Source: Dehalococcoidia bacterium (GTDB lineage Bacteria > Chloroflexota > Dehalococcoidia > SM23-28-2 > HRBIN24). From it: a DNA stretch of 64,000 nucleotides. Within the stretch, counting starts at the first letter, position 1, and each line of letters begins with the position of its first letter. This document shows positions 47,890-57,731 of the stretch, one piece after another. The notes beneath the pieces are model-generated. The model had not been told where the DNA came from and made no database searches. It saw nothing but the letters and a program-made list of their open reading frames with translations. The position numbers were made by a program, and so were the translations under genes. The stretch lies in assembly GCA_032249735.1 (NCBI GenBank), contig JAVVHA010000001.1, forward strand, positions 70,041-134,040. The letters run 5' to 3'.

Positions 47890-48876
47890 ATGCTCACCAC
47901 GGTCGTTGGGCACTACCCTAAGATCCCCAACCGGCCACGGCCAGCCCGCCTGCGCCTGGCCATCGCCCGCTATGAACGAGGTGAGATAACCGCCCAGGAG
48001 TTGGCGCGGGTGCAGGACGAGGTGACTATTGAAGTGATCCAGGAGCAGGTGGAGGCGGGGATAGACATCATCACCGATGGCCAGATCCGCTGGGAGGACG
48101 ACCAGACCTACATCGCCCGCGGCCTCACGGGCTTCGCCATCGACGGCCTTGTGCGCTATCTGGACACTAACACCTATTTCCGGCAGCCGGTGGTGGTGGG
48201 GGAGGTGCGCTGGCAGGGCCCCATCCTAGTGGACGATTACCGCTTCGCCGTCCAGCATAGTCCGCGCCCAGTCAAGGCGGTCATCACCGGCCCCTACACC
48301 TTGGCCCTCCTCTCCAAGGACCAGCACTACGGTCATCGGGCCAAGCTAGTGATGGCCCTGGCCCAGGCCCTGGCCCAAGAGGCCAAAGCCCTGGAGGAGG
48401 CGGGAGCCCCCATCATCCAGCTGAGCGAGCCCATGATCCTATGGCATCCTGAGGACTGGGACCTCTTTGCCCAGGCCGTGGCCACGGTAGTGGCGGGGCT
48501 GAAGTGCGAGACAGCCCTCTACACCTGGTTCGGCAGCGTGGAGGCCATATACCCCAGGCTTCTGACCCTGCCTGTGACCACCATCGGCATCGATCTAGTC
48601 AGCAAGCCCATCAACTGGCAGGTCATCGGCCAGTACCCCTTCCCAGCGGACAAGAACCTCGCCGCGGGCATCGTGGACGGGCGCAACACGAGGCTGGAGG
48701 CAGTGGAGGAGCTAGTGGCGGCCGTTAGGCATTTGGCGCGCATCTGCCCGCCGCAGCGTCTATACCTGAACCCCAGCTGTGGCCTGGAATATCTGCCGCG
48801 GGAGGTGGCCCAGGCCAAACTGCGACGGCTGGTGGAGGGCGCCAAGGCCGCCCAACAGGCCCTGGAGGTGGCATGA
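47890..48876 (+). CDS. MetE-like protein (cobalamin-independent methionine synthase family), no zinc-binding H-x-C motif found
   Basis: The N-terminus is MetE-like (VVGHYPKIPNR). It has the UROD/MetE (beta/alpha)8 pattern and ends ...NPSCGLEYLP. No H-x-C zinc motif was found by eye. Confidence 0.72.
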   Translation: MLTTVVGHYPKIPNRPRPARLRLAIARYERGEITAQELARVQDEVTIEVIQEQVEAGIDIITDGQIRWEDDQTYIARGLTGFAIDGLVRYLDTNTYFRQPVVVGEVRWQGPILVDDYRFAVQHSPRPVKAVITGPYTLALLSKDQHYGHRAKLVMALAQALAQEAKALEEAGAPIIQLSEPMILWHPEDWDLFAQAVATVVAGLKCETALYTWFGSVEAIYPRLLTLPVTTIGIDLVSKPINWQVIGQYPFPADKNLAAGIVDGRNTRLEAVEELVAAVRHLARICPPQRLYLNPSCGLEYLPREVAQAKLRRLVEGAKAAQQALEVA

Positions 48877-48877
48877 G

Positions 48878-49858
48878 ATGGCCCTGACCACCTCAGCCGT
48901 CGGCTCCTACCCCAAGCCAGACTACCTGGTCCAGGCCCGCAACGCCTATGCCCGGGGTAAGATAAGCCGCCAGGAGCTGGGGGAGCTGGAGAAGAAGGCC
49001 ACCGCCTTCTGGATCCGCATCCAAGAAGAGGTAGGGCTAGATGTGCTGGTGCACGGAGAGATGGAGCGCGGGGACATGGTGGCCTACTTCGCCGAGCTCA
49101 TGCCCCAAAGCATGAAGATAGGGGGACTGGTGCGCTCATACGGCAACCGCTATTACCACAAGCCCATCATCGTGGACAAGCTGCGCTGGCCAGGCCCTAT
49201 GACGGTGGAGATGTGGCAATACGCCCAGTCCCTCACCAACCGCCCCGTCAAGGGCATGCTCACCGGCCCTTATACCATGGTGGAATGGTCCTTCGATGAA
49301 TACTATCCCTCGCGGCGGGAGGCGGTCATGGATATGGCCCGCGTCCTGCGGGAGGAGGTAAAGGCCCTGGTGGCTGCCGGGTGTCGATATATCCAGATCG
49401 ATGAGCCGGCTATCCACACCCGCCCAGAGGAGGACTTCGACCTGGCGGTGGAGGCCTTTCAACTAGTAGTAAAGGACATAGACGCCATCTTCCACACCCA
49501 CATCTGCTATGGCGAGGTGGAGAAGATCTATCCCCAGATGCTGCGCCTGCCGGTGCGCCAGATCCATCTGGCCCTCAAAAACACCGACTTCGAATACCTG
49601 AAGCTGCTGCAGCAGCACCCATGGGACCCCGAAAAGGAGTTGGGGGCGGGGGTGGTGGACGTGCACGTGCGGCGCGTGGAAGAGCCCGAGGAGGTGGCCC
49701 AGGGCATCCGCCAGGTGCTGCAGTATGTGCCCCCGGAGCGGGTCTGGGTCCTGCCCGACTGCGGGCTCAAGACGCGCACCGTGGAAGAGGCCCAAGCGAA
49801 GCTTAAGGCCATGGTGGACGGAGTCCGCCTGGTGAAACGGGAGTTGGGACTATTGTAA
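48878..49858 (+). CDS. metE: Methionine synthase II (cobalamin-independent) catalytic-domain protein
   Basis: The zinc ligand motifs HTHICYGE and VLPDCGLKTR are present, and the N-terminus is SAVGSYPKPDY. It is translationally coupled to the preceding paralog (TGAGATG). Confidence 0.8.
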   Translation: MALTTSAVGSYPKPDYLVQARNAYARGKISRQELGELEKKATAFWIRIQEEVGLDVLVHGEMERGDMVAYFAELMPQSMKIGGLVRSYGNRYYHKPIIVDKLRWPGPMTVEMWQYAQSLTNRPVKGMLTGPYTMVEWSFDEYYPSRREAVMDMARVLREEVKALVAAGCRYIQIDEPAIHTRPEEDFDLAVEAFQLVVKDIDAIFHTHICYGEVEKIYPQMLRLPVRQIHLALKNTDFEYLKLLQQHPWDPEKELGAGVVDVHVRRVEEPEEVAQGIRQVLQYVPPERVWVLPDCGLKTRTVEEAQAKLKAMVDGVRLVKRELGLL

Positions 49859-49865
49859 GGGAGCC

Positions 49866-50273
49866 ATGGAGACGATGGCGTCGGTCGCCCATCGCCAATT
49901 GGCGGAGACGGGGCAGGTGCTGGGAAGGCACGTCCTGTGCGAGTTCTGGGAATGCAACCGGGACGTCCTCAACTCGCGGCGTGTCCTGGTCACCGCTTTG
50001 CGGCGGGCGGTCAAGGCCGCTGGTGGCACTCTCCTGGGCATCAAGTCCCATGCCTTCAAGCCCCACGGGGTGTCTGCTGTGGCCCTGTTGGGCGAGTCCC
50101 ACATGTCCATCCACACGTGGCCCGAGCTGGGATATGCCGCCGTAGACGTCTTCACCTGTGGCGCCACCATGGATCCATACCGGGCGGTGGACCTCCTCAG
50201 CCGTGTCCTGCGTGCCGCCAGGGCTGTGGTCAGGGAGGTGCCACGTGGCCCCGGGGTGGTGCAAGATGGGTGA
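49866..50273 (+). CDS. speH: S-adenosylmethionine decarboxylase proenzyme (class 1B)
   Basis: The self-processing site motif LLGESHMSIHTWPE is present. ~135 aa. Confidence 0.85.
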   Translation: METMASVAHRQLAETGQVLGRHVLCEFWECNRDVLNSRRVLVTALRRAVKAAGGTLLGIKSHAFKPHGVSAVALLGESHMSIHTWPELGYAAVDVFTCGATMDPYRAVDLLSRVLRAARAVVREVPRGPGVVQDG

Positions 50274-51153
50274 ACTACCCCAGGAACCCTTCTGGTACAC
50301 CGAGCCCCTGCCCCCTTATTGGGACGAGAACCTTAGGACGCAGATGCGCGTCCTACGGGTCCTTCACCAGGAAAGGAGCCAGTACCAGCAGATCCAGGTA
50401 TTCGACCTGGGCAGCTTCGGCAAGGCCCTCCTCCTAGATGGCATTATCCAAGCGGCCGAGGCCGACGAGTTCATCTATCACGAGATGGTGGCCCTGCTGC
50501 CATGCCTCCTCCATCGCCGTCCCCGTCAGGCCCTCATCGTGGGAGGCGGCGATGGTGGTGCCCTCTATCAGGCCCTGCGCCCACCCACCATGCGCAAGGT
50601 GGTGATGGTGGAGCTGGATGAGCGGGTCATCCAGGTGTGCCGAGAGCTGCTGCCTTCCATCTCCAAGGGGGCTTTCGACGATCCTCGGGCCCGGGTCATC
50701 ATCGGCGATGGCATGGAGTGGGTGAAGCGGTTCCGCCGTCAGTTTGATGTGGCCATCGTGGACCTGACGGACCCCACCTACGACGGGCCAGCCAACCCCC
50801 TCTATAGCACCCCTTTCTTCGCCGACGTGGCAGCGGCTCTGCGCCCTGGCGGCATCCTGAGCGTCCAGAGCGGCTCCCTCACCTTCCAACCAGACTGGGT
50901 GCGCCACCTCATAGGGCAGCTGCGTCCTGTATTCTCGCACGTCCGCCTTCATACGGCGGTGGTGCCGGCCTTTCAGGCCGGGCTTTTCGCTTTCCTTATC
51001 GCCTCCCAGAGGCCCCTCCCTCTGCCGTCACGGCGGGCGTTTGAGGCCCGGGTGTCCCGCCTGGCCGACCCTCCACGCTACCTCAGCTACGAGGTGTTAA
51101 GGGCATCGGCAGCCATACCCCCGTACTTGGCGCAGAAGTTAGGCCTCCAATAG
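50266..51153 (+). CDS. speE: Polyamine aminopropyltransferase (spermidine synthase)
   Basis: The start was chosen at an ATG overlapping the speH stop. The motifs ALIVGGGDGGA and VDLTDP are present. Confidence 0.85.
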   Translation: MGELPQEPFWYTEPLPPYWDENLRTQMRVLRVLHQERSQYQQIQVFDLGSFGKALLLDGIIQAAEADEFIYHEMVALLPCLLHRRPRQALIVGGGDGGALYQALRPPTMRKVVMVELDERVIQVCRELLPSISKGAFDDPRARVIIGDGMEWVKRFRRQFDVAIVDLTDPTYDGPANPLYSTPFFADVAAALRPGGILSVQSGSLTFQPDWVRHLIGQLRPVFSHVRLHTAVVPAFQAGLFAFLIASQRPLPLPSRRAFEARVSRLADPPRYLSYEVLRASAAIPPYLAQKLGLQ

Positions 51154-51223
51154 CGCTTGCCTTTCGCCCTAGCCCGTGCTAGATTAGAGGTGACGCTCTG
51201 AGCCCGCTCTGGACGAAGGGCAG

Positions 51224-52666
51224 ATGCCTAGCGATTTAGAGACCATCTTTCACCCGCGCTCAGTAGCTGTCGTCGGCATATCTCCTCCGGAGCGCACTGA
51301 GAGGGGCTTTGGCATGGCCGCCCTGGGCTTCCTCATGGGGCTTTTGGAGATGGGGTTCCCCACCATATATCCCGTCAACCCCAAGTATGAGGAGGTAGCG
51401 GGGCTCAGGTGCTATCCCAGTCTGCTGGACATCGAGGGGCCCGTGGACCATGTCATCTCCAGTGTGCCAGCGCATGTGGTGCCCCAGCTGGTGGAGCAGT
51501 GCATCGCCAAAGGCGTGCGGTCCATCCACTTCTTCACCGCTGGTTTCCGGGAGACGGGGGAGGATGATAGGGCGGCCTTAGAAGAGGCGGTGGTGCGGCG
51601 GGCCAAGGAGGCAGGGATACGCATCTTTGGCCCTAACTGCATGGGGCTGTACGTGCCCAAGGCCAGGCTCTCCTTCTCCCCCCAGTTCCCCAAGGAGCCG
51701 GGGCCAGTGGCCTTCATCTCCCAGAGCGGCGGCCATGCCATGGACATGGTGATAAGTGGTGCAGTGCGGGGCCTCCGCTTCTCCAAGGTGGTGAGCTATG
51801 GCAACGCTGCCGATGTGGACGAGTCGGAGCTGCTGGAGTACTTGGCCACTGACGTGGAGTCGGAGATCGTGTGTGCCTATATCGAAGGGGTGAAGGACGG
51901 CAGGCGTTTCCTCTCCGCCCTCAAGAAGGTAGGTGTCGCCAAGCCCACCATTGTCCTCAAGGGAGGGAGGACGGGGGCGGGCAGCCGGGCTACCCTCTCT
52001 CACACCGCCAGCCTAGCAGGGTCCTTGGCTGTCTTCGATGCCGCCCTCAAACAGGCAGGGGCCATTAGGGTCAACACCGTGGATGAGCTTGTGGACGTGG
52101 CCATCGCCTTTCGGTTCATGAAGGCGCCTGAGGGATCGCGGGTGGCCGTGGTGGGGCCGGGAGGGGGCATGAGCGTCATGGCTGCCGATGAGCTAGCGGA
52201 GGCTGGGCTGGAGCTCCCTGAGCTACCCCGTCATACGCAAGAAGATCTGCGCCGGTTCACCCCCGTGGCAGGCACCAGCGTCCGCAACCCCGTAGATACG
52301 GTAGCCATCTGGGATACCCAGGCGTTAGAGGATACATTGCGCATCGTCGGGTCGGCGGAAAATGTGGACCTGGTCATATTGCATCTGGGGTTCGCGTTCA
52401 CGTCCCCGCCCCAGGGCCAGCAGCCATGGGAGCCCCCTGTGCCACCAGATGCCTGGGCGGAGGCCATCGTCAGGGCCCGCCAGGCATGTGGCAAACCCAT
52501 GGCCGTCGTCATCCGCTGGCGGTATGCGCCAGAGATCCTGCAGATGGCCCTGGCCCTGACAGAGGCGTGCTGGCGGCGGGAGATAGCGGTCTATTTCAGC
52601 CTATCCAGCGCTGTGCAGGCCGTGGCCAAGATGGTAGCCTGGCGCCGCATGTGGGAGGAGCGGTGA
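51224..52666 (+). CDS. CoA-binding acyl-CoA synthetase (NDP-forming) alpha-like protein
   Basis: It has an N-terminal CoA-binding Rossmann region (SVAVVGISP ... GPNCMGL) and succinyl-CoA-synthetase-like flavodoxin domains. No ATP-grasp half is present in this ORF. Confidence 0.65.
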   Translation: MPSDLETIFHPRSVAVVGISPPERTERGFGMAALGFLMGLLEMGFPTIYPVNPKYEEVAGLRCYPSLLDIEGPVDHVISSVPAHVVPQLVEQCIAKGVRSIHFFTAGFRETGEDDRAALEEAVVRRAKEAGIRIFGPNCMGLYVPKARLSFSPQFPKEPGPVAFISQSGGHAMDMVISGAVRGLRFSKVVSYGNAADVDESELLEYLATDVESEIVCAYIEGVKDGRRFLSALKKVGVAKPTIVLKGGRTGAGSRATLSHTASLAGSLAVFDAALKQAGAIRVNTVDELVDVAIAFRFMKAPEGSRVAVVGPGGGMSVMAADELAEAGLELPELPRHTQEDLRRFTPVAGTSVRNPVDTVAIWDTQALEDTLRIVGSAENVDLVILHLGFAFTSPPQGQQPWEPPVPPDAWAEAIVRARQACGKPMAVVIRWRYAPEILQMALALTEACWRREIAVYFSLSSAVQAVAKMVAWRRMWEER

Positions 52667-53358
52667 GGACGTCCTTACGCCTTGTGCACACGTCCGATCT
52701 GCACCTGGGCATCGATGGCCGGCGTGCCGGGGAGGGGCTAGCCCCCCTGGAGGCGGTGGCGGAGGCGGTGGCCAAAACGGGCGCCCATCTGCTTCTCCTT
52801 TGTGGCGACATCTTCGATAGCAACAGGGTGTCTGACCAAGTCATTCGTGACGCCCTTGGCCTCCTGGGCCAGATAGGTGTGCCATCCATCATCCTGCCGG
52901 GCAACCACGACTGCCACGGCCATGGCTCCGTATACCTGCGGGCGGAGACCATGGGCCTACCCCCACAGGTGCACGTCCTGAGCCCACAACGTCAGCAGGT
53001 GGTTCTCCCAGAGTTGGACGTATCCGTCTGGGGCCGGCCCCACGTTGACTATCGGGACCTGCGCCCCCTGCATCATCCGCCGTCCAGAGGCGGGCAGAGG
53101 TGGCACATCGCCCTCGCCCATGGGCACCTGGTGCGGCAGTCGTGGGACCTGGAGCGTAGCTATCTCATCTTTCCTCAGGAAATAGCCGAGAGTGGCGCCC
53201 ACTACGTGGCCCTGGGCCATTGGGAGCTCCCTTACGACGCCTCGGCTGGCACTGTGGTGGCTGCCTATTCGGGCTCGCCCCAGATGGCCCGCCAGGTCTT
53301 GGTGGTGGAGCTGGACCATCAGGTGCGGGTGCGGCGCCATCCGTTAGGGCAGGGCTAG
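52663..53358 (+). CDS. Metallophosphoesterase (calcineurin-like)
   Basis: The start was chosen at a GTG overlapping the previous stop. It has VHTSDLHLG, GDIFDS and LPGNHD motifs. Confidence 0.7.
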   Translation: MRTSLRLVHTSDLHLGIDGRRAGEGLAPLEAVAEAVAKTGAHLLLLCGDIFDSNRVSDQVIRDALGLLGQIGVPSIILPGNHDCHGHGSVYLRAETMGLPPQVHVLSPQRQQVVLPELDVSVWGRPHVDYRDLRPLHHPPSRGGQRWHIALAHGHLVRQSWDLERSYLIFPQEIAESGAHYVALGHWELPYDASAGTVVAAYSGSPQMARQVLVVELDHQVRVRRHPLGQG

Positions 53359-55004
53359 CGTCGCCCGAATTGGCGGGCCAGGGCCTCGGCACTTATTTGC
53401 ACCATGGTGGGACGACCGTGGGGACACGTGTGGGGCGCCTGGGCCTCCTCCAGGCGGCGAATGAGCTCCCGCATCTCGTCTATGGAGAGGGCCTGCCCCG
53501 CCCTCACGGCAGCATGACAGGCGATGGCGGCGGCCACCTTGTCGGGGGCGCTCCCTCCTCCCTCCAGCCGGTCCAGCAGGGACCGCAGTGCGCTCTCCAC
53601 GTCCCCGCCCACCAAACCCTGGGGCACCGCCCGCACTAGATAGCACCTATCGCCCAGGTGCTCTATCTCCAGGCCATAGGCAGCCAGCTCCTGACCCCAG
53701 CGCCGCAGGACGGCTTCCTCAGCGGTGGAAAGCTCCACCGTCAGGGGTTGCAGAAGGGGCTGGGAGGCCATCTGCCGGCTGGCTCGCCTTGCCACCAGCT
53801 CCTCATACAAAACGCGCTCGTGGGCGGCGTGCTGGTCGATGAGGTACATGCCATCGGGGCCCTCAGCCACGATGTAGAGGCTGGCCACCTGTCCCACCAC
53901 TCTTAAGATAGGGAGGGCCCGGGTTAGGGGCTGCTGCGACCCCACAACGGCTGCTGAGGTTCTCCACTGCGACCCCCCTCCCCTCCCAGGCTGGGAGATA
54001 GAGATAGATGGGGCGGGAGCCTGGGAGAGGAGGACAGCCCGCACCGCCCTCACTAAGGCCGAAGCCACCTTGGCCTCATCACGGAAGCGGACCTGGGCCT
54101 TGGTGGGGTGGACGTTGACGTCCACCTCCTCTGGGGCCAGCCATAGGTGGACGACAGCTATGGGGTAGCGACCACTGGGCAGGAGGCCGTGGTAGGCCTC
54201 CTCCAACACGTGGGGGAGACGCCGGTCGTGCACCCAACGGCCGTTCACGAAGAAGCTCACATGCGTCCTGTTACCCCGGTGTAAGGACGGGGGCGAAACG
54301 AGCCCTTCAACTCTTATGCCCTGATATTCGCCCTCCACCTCTAACAGGGCAGCGGCCACCTCAGGGCCATAGACGGCGCTCACCGCGTCCCTCAGGCAGC
54401 CTGATCCTGTGCTCTGCAGCTGGCGGCGCCCGTCCACCGTCAGGGAAAAGGATACGTGTGGATAAGCTAGGGCATAGTGGGCTACCACCTGGGCCGCTGC
54501 CTGGGCCTCAGCGGAGGCTGAGCGTAGGAACTTACGTCGTGCTGGCTGGCCCTGGAAGAGGCGGTGCACCGTCACCTCGGTGCCGGGGCCCATGCCCCGC
54601 CAACCCCTGCCCACCACTATCCCCTCACGAGCCCGCACCCATGCCCCCCTTGTCGCATGAGGGGGGCGGCTGGCCAAGACCAGCTCCGACACAGCGGCGA
54701 TGGCCGCCAAGGCCTCCCCCCGAAACCCTAAGGTGGCGATGTGCTCTAGGTCAGCCAATGTGCGCACCTTGCTGGTGGCGTGGCGGGCAAGGGCCAGCTC
54801 CAGGTCCTCCGGCTCTATGCCGCAGCCGTTGTCTACCACCCTGATCATCTGCAAGCCACCACCCACCATCTCCACGCTCACCCTGGACGCCCCGGCATCC
54901 AGGGCATTCTCCACCAGCTCCTTCACCACCGAGGCTGGGCGCTCCACCACTTCGCCCGCCGCTATATGGGCCACCACCTCGGGGGGAAGAGGCGATATCC
55001 TCAC
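53355..55004 (-). CDS. mutL: DNA mismatch repair protein MutL
   Basis: It has a GHKL ATPase N-terminus (VVKELVENALDAGA) and a C-terminal dimerisation domain. Confidence 0.9.
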   Translation of the reverse strand: MRISPLPPEVVAHIAAGEVVERPASVVKELVENALDAGASRVSVEMVGGGLQMIRVVDNGCGIEPEDLELALARHATSKVRTLADLEHIATLGFRGEALAAIAAVSELVLASRPPHATRGAWVRAREGIVVGRGWRGMGPGTEVTVHRLFQGQPARRKFLRSASAEAQAAAQVVAHYALAYPHVSFSLTVDGRRQLQSTGSGCLRDAVSAVYGPEVAAALLEVEGEYQGIRVEGLVSPPSLHRGNRTHVSFFVNGRWVHDRRLPHVLEEAYHGLLPSGRYPIAVVHLWLAPEEVDVNVHPTKAQVRFRDEAKVASALVRAVRAVLLSQAPAPSISISQPGRGGGSQWRTSAAVVGSQQPLTRALPILRVVGQVASLYIVAEGPDGMYLIDQHAAHERVLYEELVARRASRQMASQPLLQPLTVELSTAEEAVLRRWGQELAAYGLEIEHLGDRCYLVRAVPQGLVGGDVESALRSLLDRLEGGGSAPDKVAAAIACHAAVRAGQALSIDEMRELIRRLEEAQAPHTCPHGRPTMVQISAEALARQFGRR

Positions 55005-57610
55005 GCCCCACCTCCGGCGATGGCACGGCGCGCCCTCTCCCGCAGCTCATAGAGTTTGGTGAGGGCCTGTAAAGGGGTCATGGCATCCAGTTCCAGGGAG
55101 GCCAGCTCGTGGGCCACCTCCGTGCCCGGCGCCATCAGAGGAAGTTGCAAGCCATGCGAGGGTCGCCGCGGCCGGCGGTCGCGGGCGGCCTCCAGCTCCT
55201 CCAGGAGCTGCTGGGCCCTGGCCACCACGGCCCGCGGAAGGCCAGCCAGCTGGGCCACCTGCACCCCATAGGAGCGGTCGGCACCGCCAGGCACGATGCG
55301 GTAGAGGAACACGATGCGCCCGTCCTCCTCAGCCACTGCCACATTATAGTTGCGCACCCGCGGCAGGAAGGACGCCAGCTCCGTCAGCTCGTGGTAATGG
55401 GTGGCGAAGAGGGTCTTGGCGGCCACTTGTGGCTCGTTGTGCAGAAACTCCACCACCGCCCTGGCGATGGCCAGCCCATCGAAAGTGGAGGTGCCACGCC
55501 CTATCTCGTCGAACAGGAGGAGGGACCTGGGGGTGGCATTATGGAGGATGGCTGCCGTCTCCACCATCTCCACCATGAACGTGGAGCGCCCAGCGGCGAT
55601 GTCGTCCATGGCCCCGATGCGGGTAAAGATGCGGTCTACCACGCCGATGTGAGCCTCGCGGGCGGGGACGAAGCTGCCCACCTGGGCCATGAGGACAATG
55701 AGGGCCACCTGACGTAGGTAGGTGGACTTGCCCGCCATGTTGGGCCCTGTGAGGACGATGATCTGGGCCTCATCGTTAGAGAGGTCGGTGTCATTGGGGA
55801 CGAAGCGGCCCTCCCCCAAGACGCGCTCCACCACTGGGTGTCTGCCGTCCTTGATATAGATGCGGTTGGCCTGATCCACATGGGGGCGGACATAGCCATA
55901 GCAAGCAGCAGCCTCTGCCAGAGCGCAGTAGACGTCCACCTCTGCCACCACCGCCATCGTCTCAAGAATATGGGGGGCCTCGGCGGCCACCTGGGCGCAC
56001 ACCTGCCCGAAGATCTCCCTCTCCAATTCCAGTTGGCGCTCCCTGGCCTGCAGGATCTTGTATTCCAGCTCCTTAAGCTCTGGGGTGATGAATCGCTCAG
56101 CCCCCACAAGGGTCTGTCGGCGCTCATACCGGGGAGGGACCAGATGGAGGTTGGCTTTGGAGACCTCCAGGTAGTAGCCGAAGACCCGGTTGAACCCCAG
56201 CTTCAGGGTACGGATGCCCGTCTCCTCCCTTTCCCGCTGCTCCAATTGGGCCAACAGCTGGCGGGCGTCCCGCGCCAGGGTCCGCACCTCGTCCAGCTCC
56301 TGGGAGAAGCCGGGGCGGATGACCTCTCCCTCCTCGAGATGGGGAGGAGGGTCGTCTACCAGGGCCTGGGCCAGGAGATGGGCCACCTGATGACAGGGGC
56401 GCAGGCGGGCGATGAAGTCCTCCAACAAGGGACGAAGGCCGGGGGGCAGCCGCCCCAGGCCGCAGTCCAGGGCCTCCCGCAGGTCGGGGACGGCCTCCAG
56501 GGCACGAGCTAAGGCCACCAGGTCCCGCGGGGTGGCGCGGCCGGCCGCCACCCGCCCCAATATGCGCTCCACATCCGGAAAGCGGTCCAAGGCCCGGGCT
56601 ACACGTCCCCGGCGCACGGCAGAGCTATAAAATAACTCCACGCCATCCTGGCGGCGCCGGATGGCCTCCACATCCAGCAGCGGTTGGCCCAGCCACCGCC
56701 GTAACAGCCTGGCCCCCATGGGCGTGCGCGTCAAGTCCAGAACGGAGACAAGGGATGGCCCTCCCTCGCCGCTTAGGGGCCGGAAGATCTCCAGGTTGCG
56801 CCGGGTGGTGGAGTCTAGGAGCATGAACGATGACGGGTTATACATGCGCAGGCGCCCCAGATTGCGAAGGGCAGCAGGGGCGTTCTCCTCCACGTATCGC
56901 AGGAGGGCAGCGGCCGCCAAGGCCGCCAGCTCCTTCCCTACCAGGCCCAAAGCGTCCAGGCCCGGGGCCTGGAAGTGCTGGAGGAGTCGTTGGACGCCCT
57001 CTTCATCCACGATGGCCTTGGGCAGGGTAGTGATGGCGCATGGGGCCTCTCCCTGCCATCCTTCGGGGGCCAGCAGCTCCGCAGGCCGTAGCCGCTCTAG
57101 CTCCCCCGTCAGCATGGGAAGGGGCAGCTGAGTGCAGGCGAACTCCCCGGTGGAGATGTCGGCATAAGCTAGGCCTGCCTCCTCACCCGCCTGGACAACG
57201 GCAGCCAGGTAGTTGTTGACCCGCCCATCCAACATGGCCTCCTCCACCACCGTACCAGGGGTGGTGACCCGCACCACGTCTCGGGCCAGGAGCCGCTTCC
57301 CCTTGCCGGGGGTCTCCGTCTGCTCGCAGATAGCCACCTTATAGCCTTTGGCAATAAGGCGGGCCACATACCCCTCCAGAGCGTGATGGGGGATGCCAGC
57401 CATGGGCACCCTCTTGCCTTTGCCCACAGGGCGGCTGGTGAGGGCAAGGCCCAGCTCCCTGGCCACCACCTGAGCATCGTCATCAAACGCTTCATAGAAG
57501 TCGCCGAGGCGGAAGAGGAGGACAGCGTGAGGATAGCGCAGCTTCAACGCCAGGTACTGGCGGCGCATGGGTGTATCCACATGAGGGCCCTTCATGGCTT
57601 CTGGCGCCAA
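55001..57610 (-). CDS. mutS: DNA mismatch repair protein MutS
   Basis: 869 aa with Walker A GPNMAGKST and the MutS domains I-V pattern. It overlaps mutL by 4 nt. Confidence 0.92.
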   Translation of the reverse strand: MAPEAMKGPHVDTPMRRQYLALKLRYPHAVLLFRLGDFYEAFDDDAQVVARELGLALTSRPVGKGKRVPMAGIPHHALEGYVARLIAKGYKVAICEQTETPGKGKRLLARDVVRVTTPGTVVEEAMLDGRVNNYLAAVVQAGEEAGLAYADISTGEFACTQLPLPMLTGELERLRPAELLAPEGWQGEAPCAITTLPKAIVDEEGVQRLLQHFQAPGLDALGLVGKELAALAAAALLRYVEENAPAALRNLGRLRMYNPSSFMLLDSTTRRNLEIFRPLSGEGGPSLVSVLDLTRTPMGARLLRRWLGQPLLDVEAIRRRQDGVELFYSSAVRRGRVARALDRFPDVERILGRVAAGRATPRDLVALARALEAVPDLREALDCGLGRLPPGLRPLLEDFIARLRPCHQVAHLLAQALVDDPPPHLEEGEVIRPGFSQELDEVRTLARDARQLLAQLEQREREETGIRTLKLGFNRVFGYYLEVSKANLHLVPPRYERRQTLVGAERFITPELKELEYKILQARERQLELEREIFGQVCAQVAAEAPHILETMAVVAEVDVYCALAEAAACYGYVRPHVDQANRIYIKDGRHPVVERVLGEGRFVPNDTDLSNDEAQIIVLTGPNMAGKSTYLRQVALIVLMAQVGSFVPAREAHIGVVDRIFTRIGAMDDIAAGRSTFMVEMVETAAILHNATPRSLLLFDEIGRGTSTFDGLAIARAVVEFLHNEPQVAAKTLFATHYHELTELASFLPRVRNYNVAVAEEDGRIVFLYRIVPGGADRSYGVQVAQLAGLPRAVVARAQQLLEELEAARDRRPRRPSHGLQLPLMAPGTEVAHELASLELDAMTPLQALTKLYELRERARRAIAGGGA

Positions 57611-57731
57611 TTATATCCAAGCGGCCAGGTCGGGTGGCCACTTGCCATTTATCGGGTCATAGGTCCCGTCGTCGCGGCTTTCGCCCTGTTACAGAGCCTC
57701 GGGGCTTCGGGTCGATTCCTAGGGATACGCC

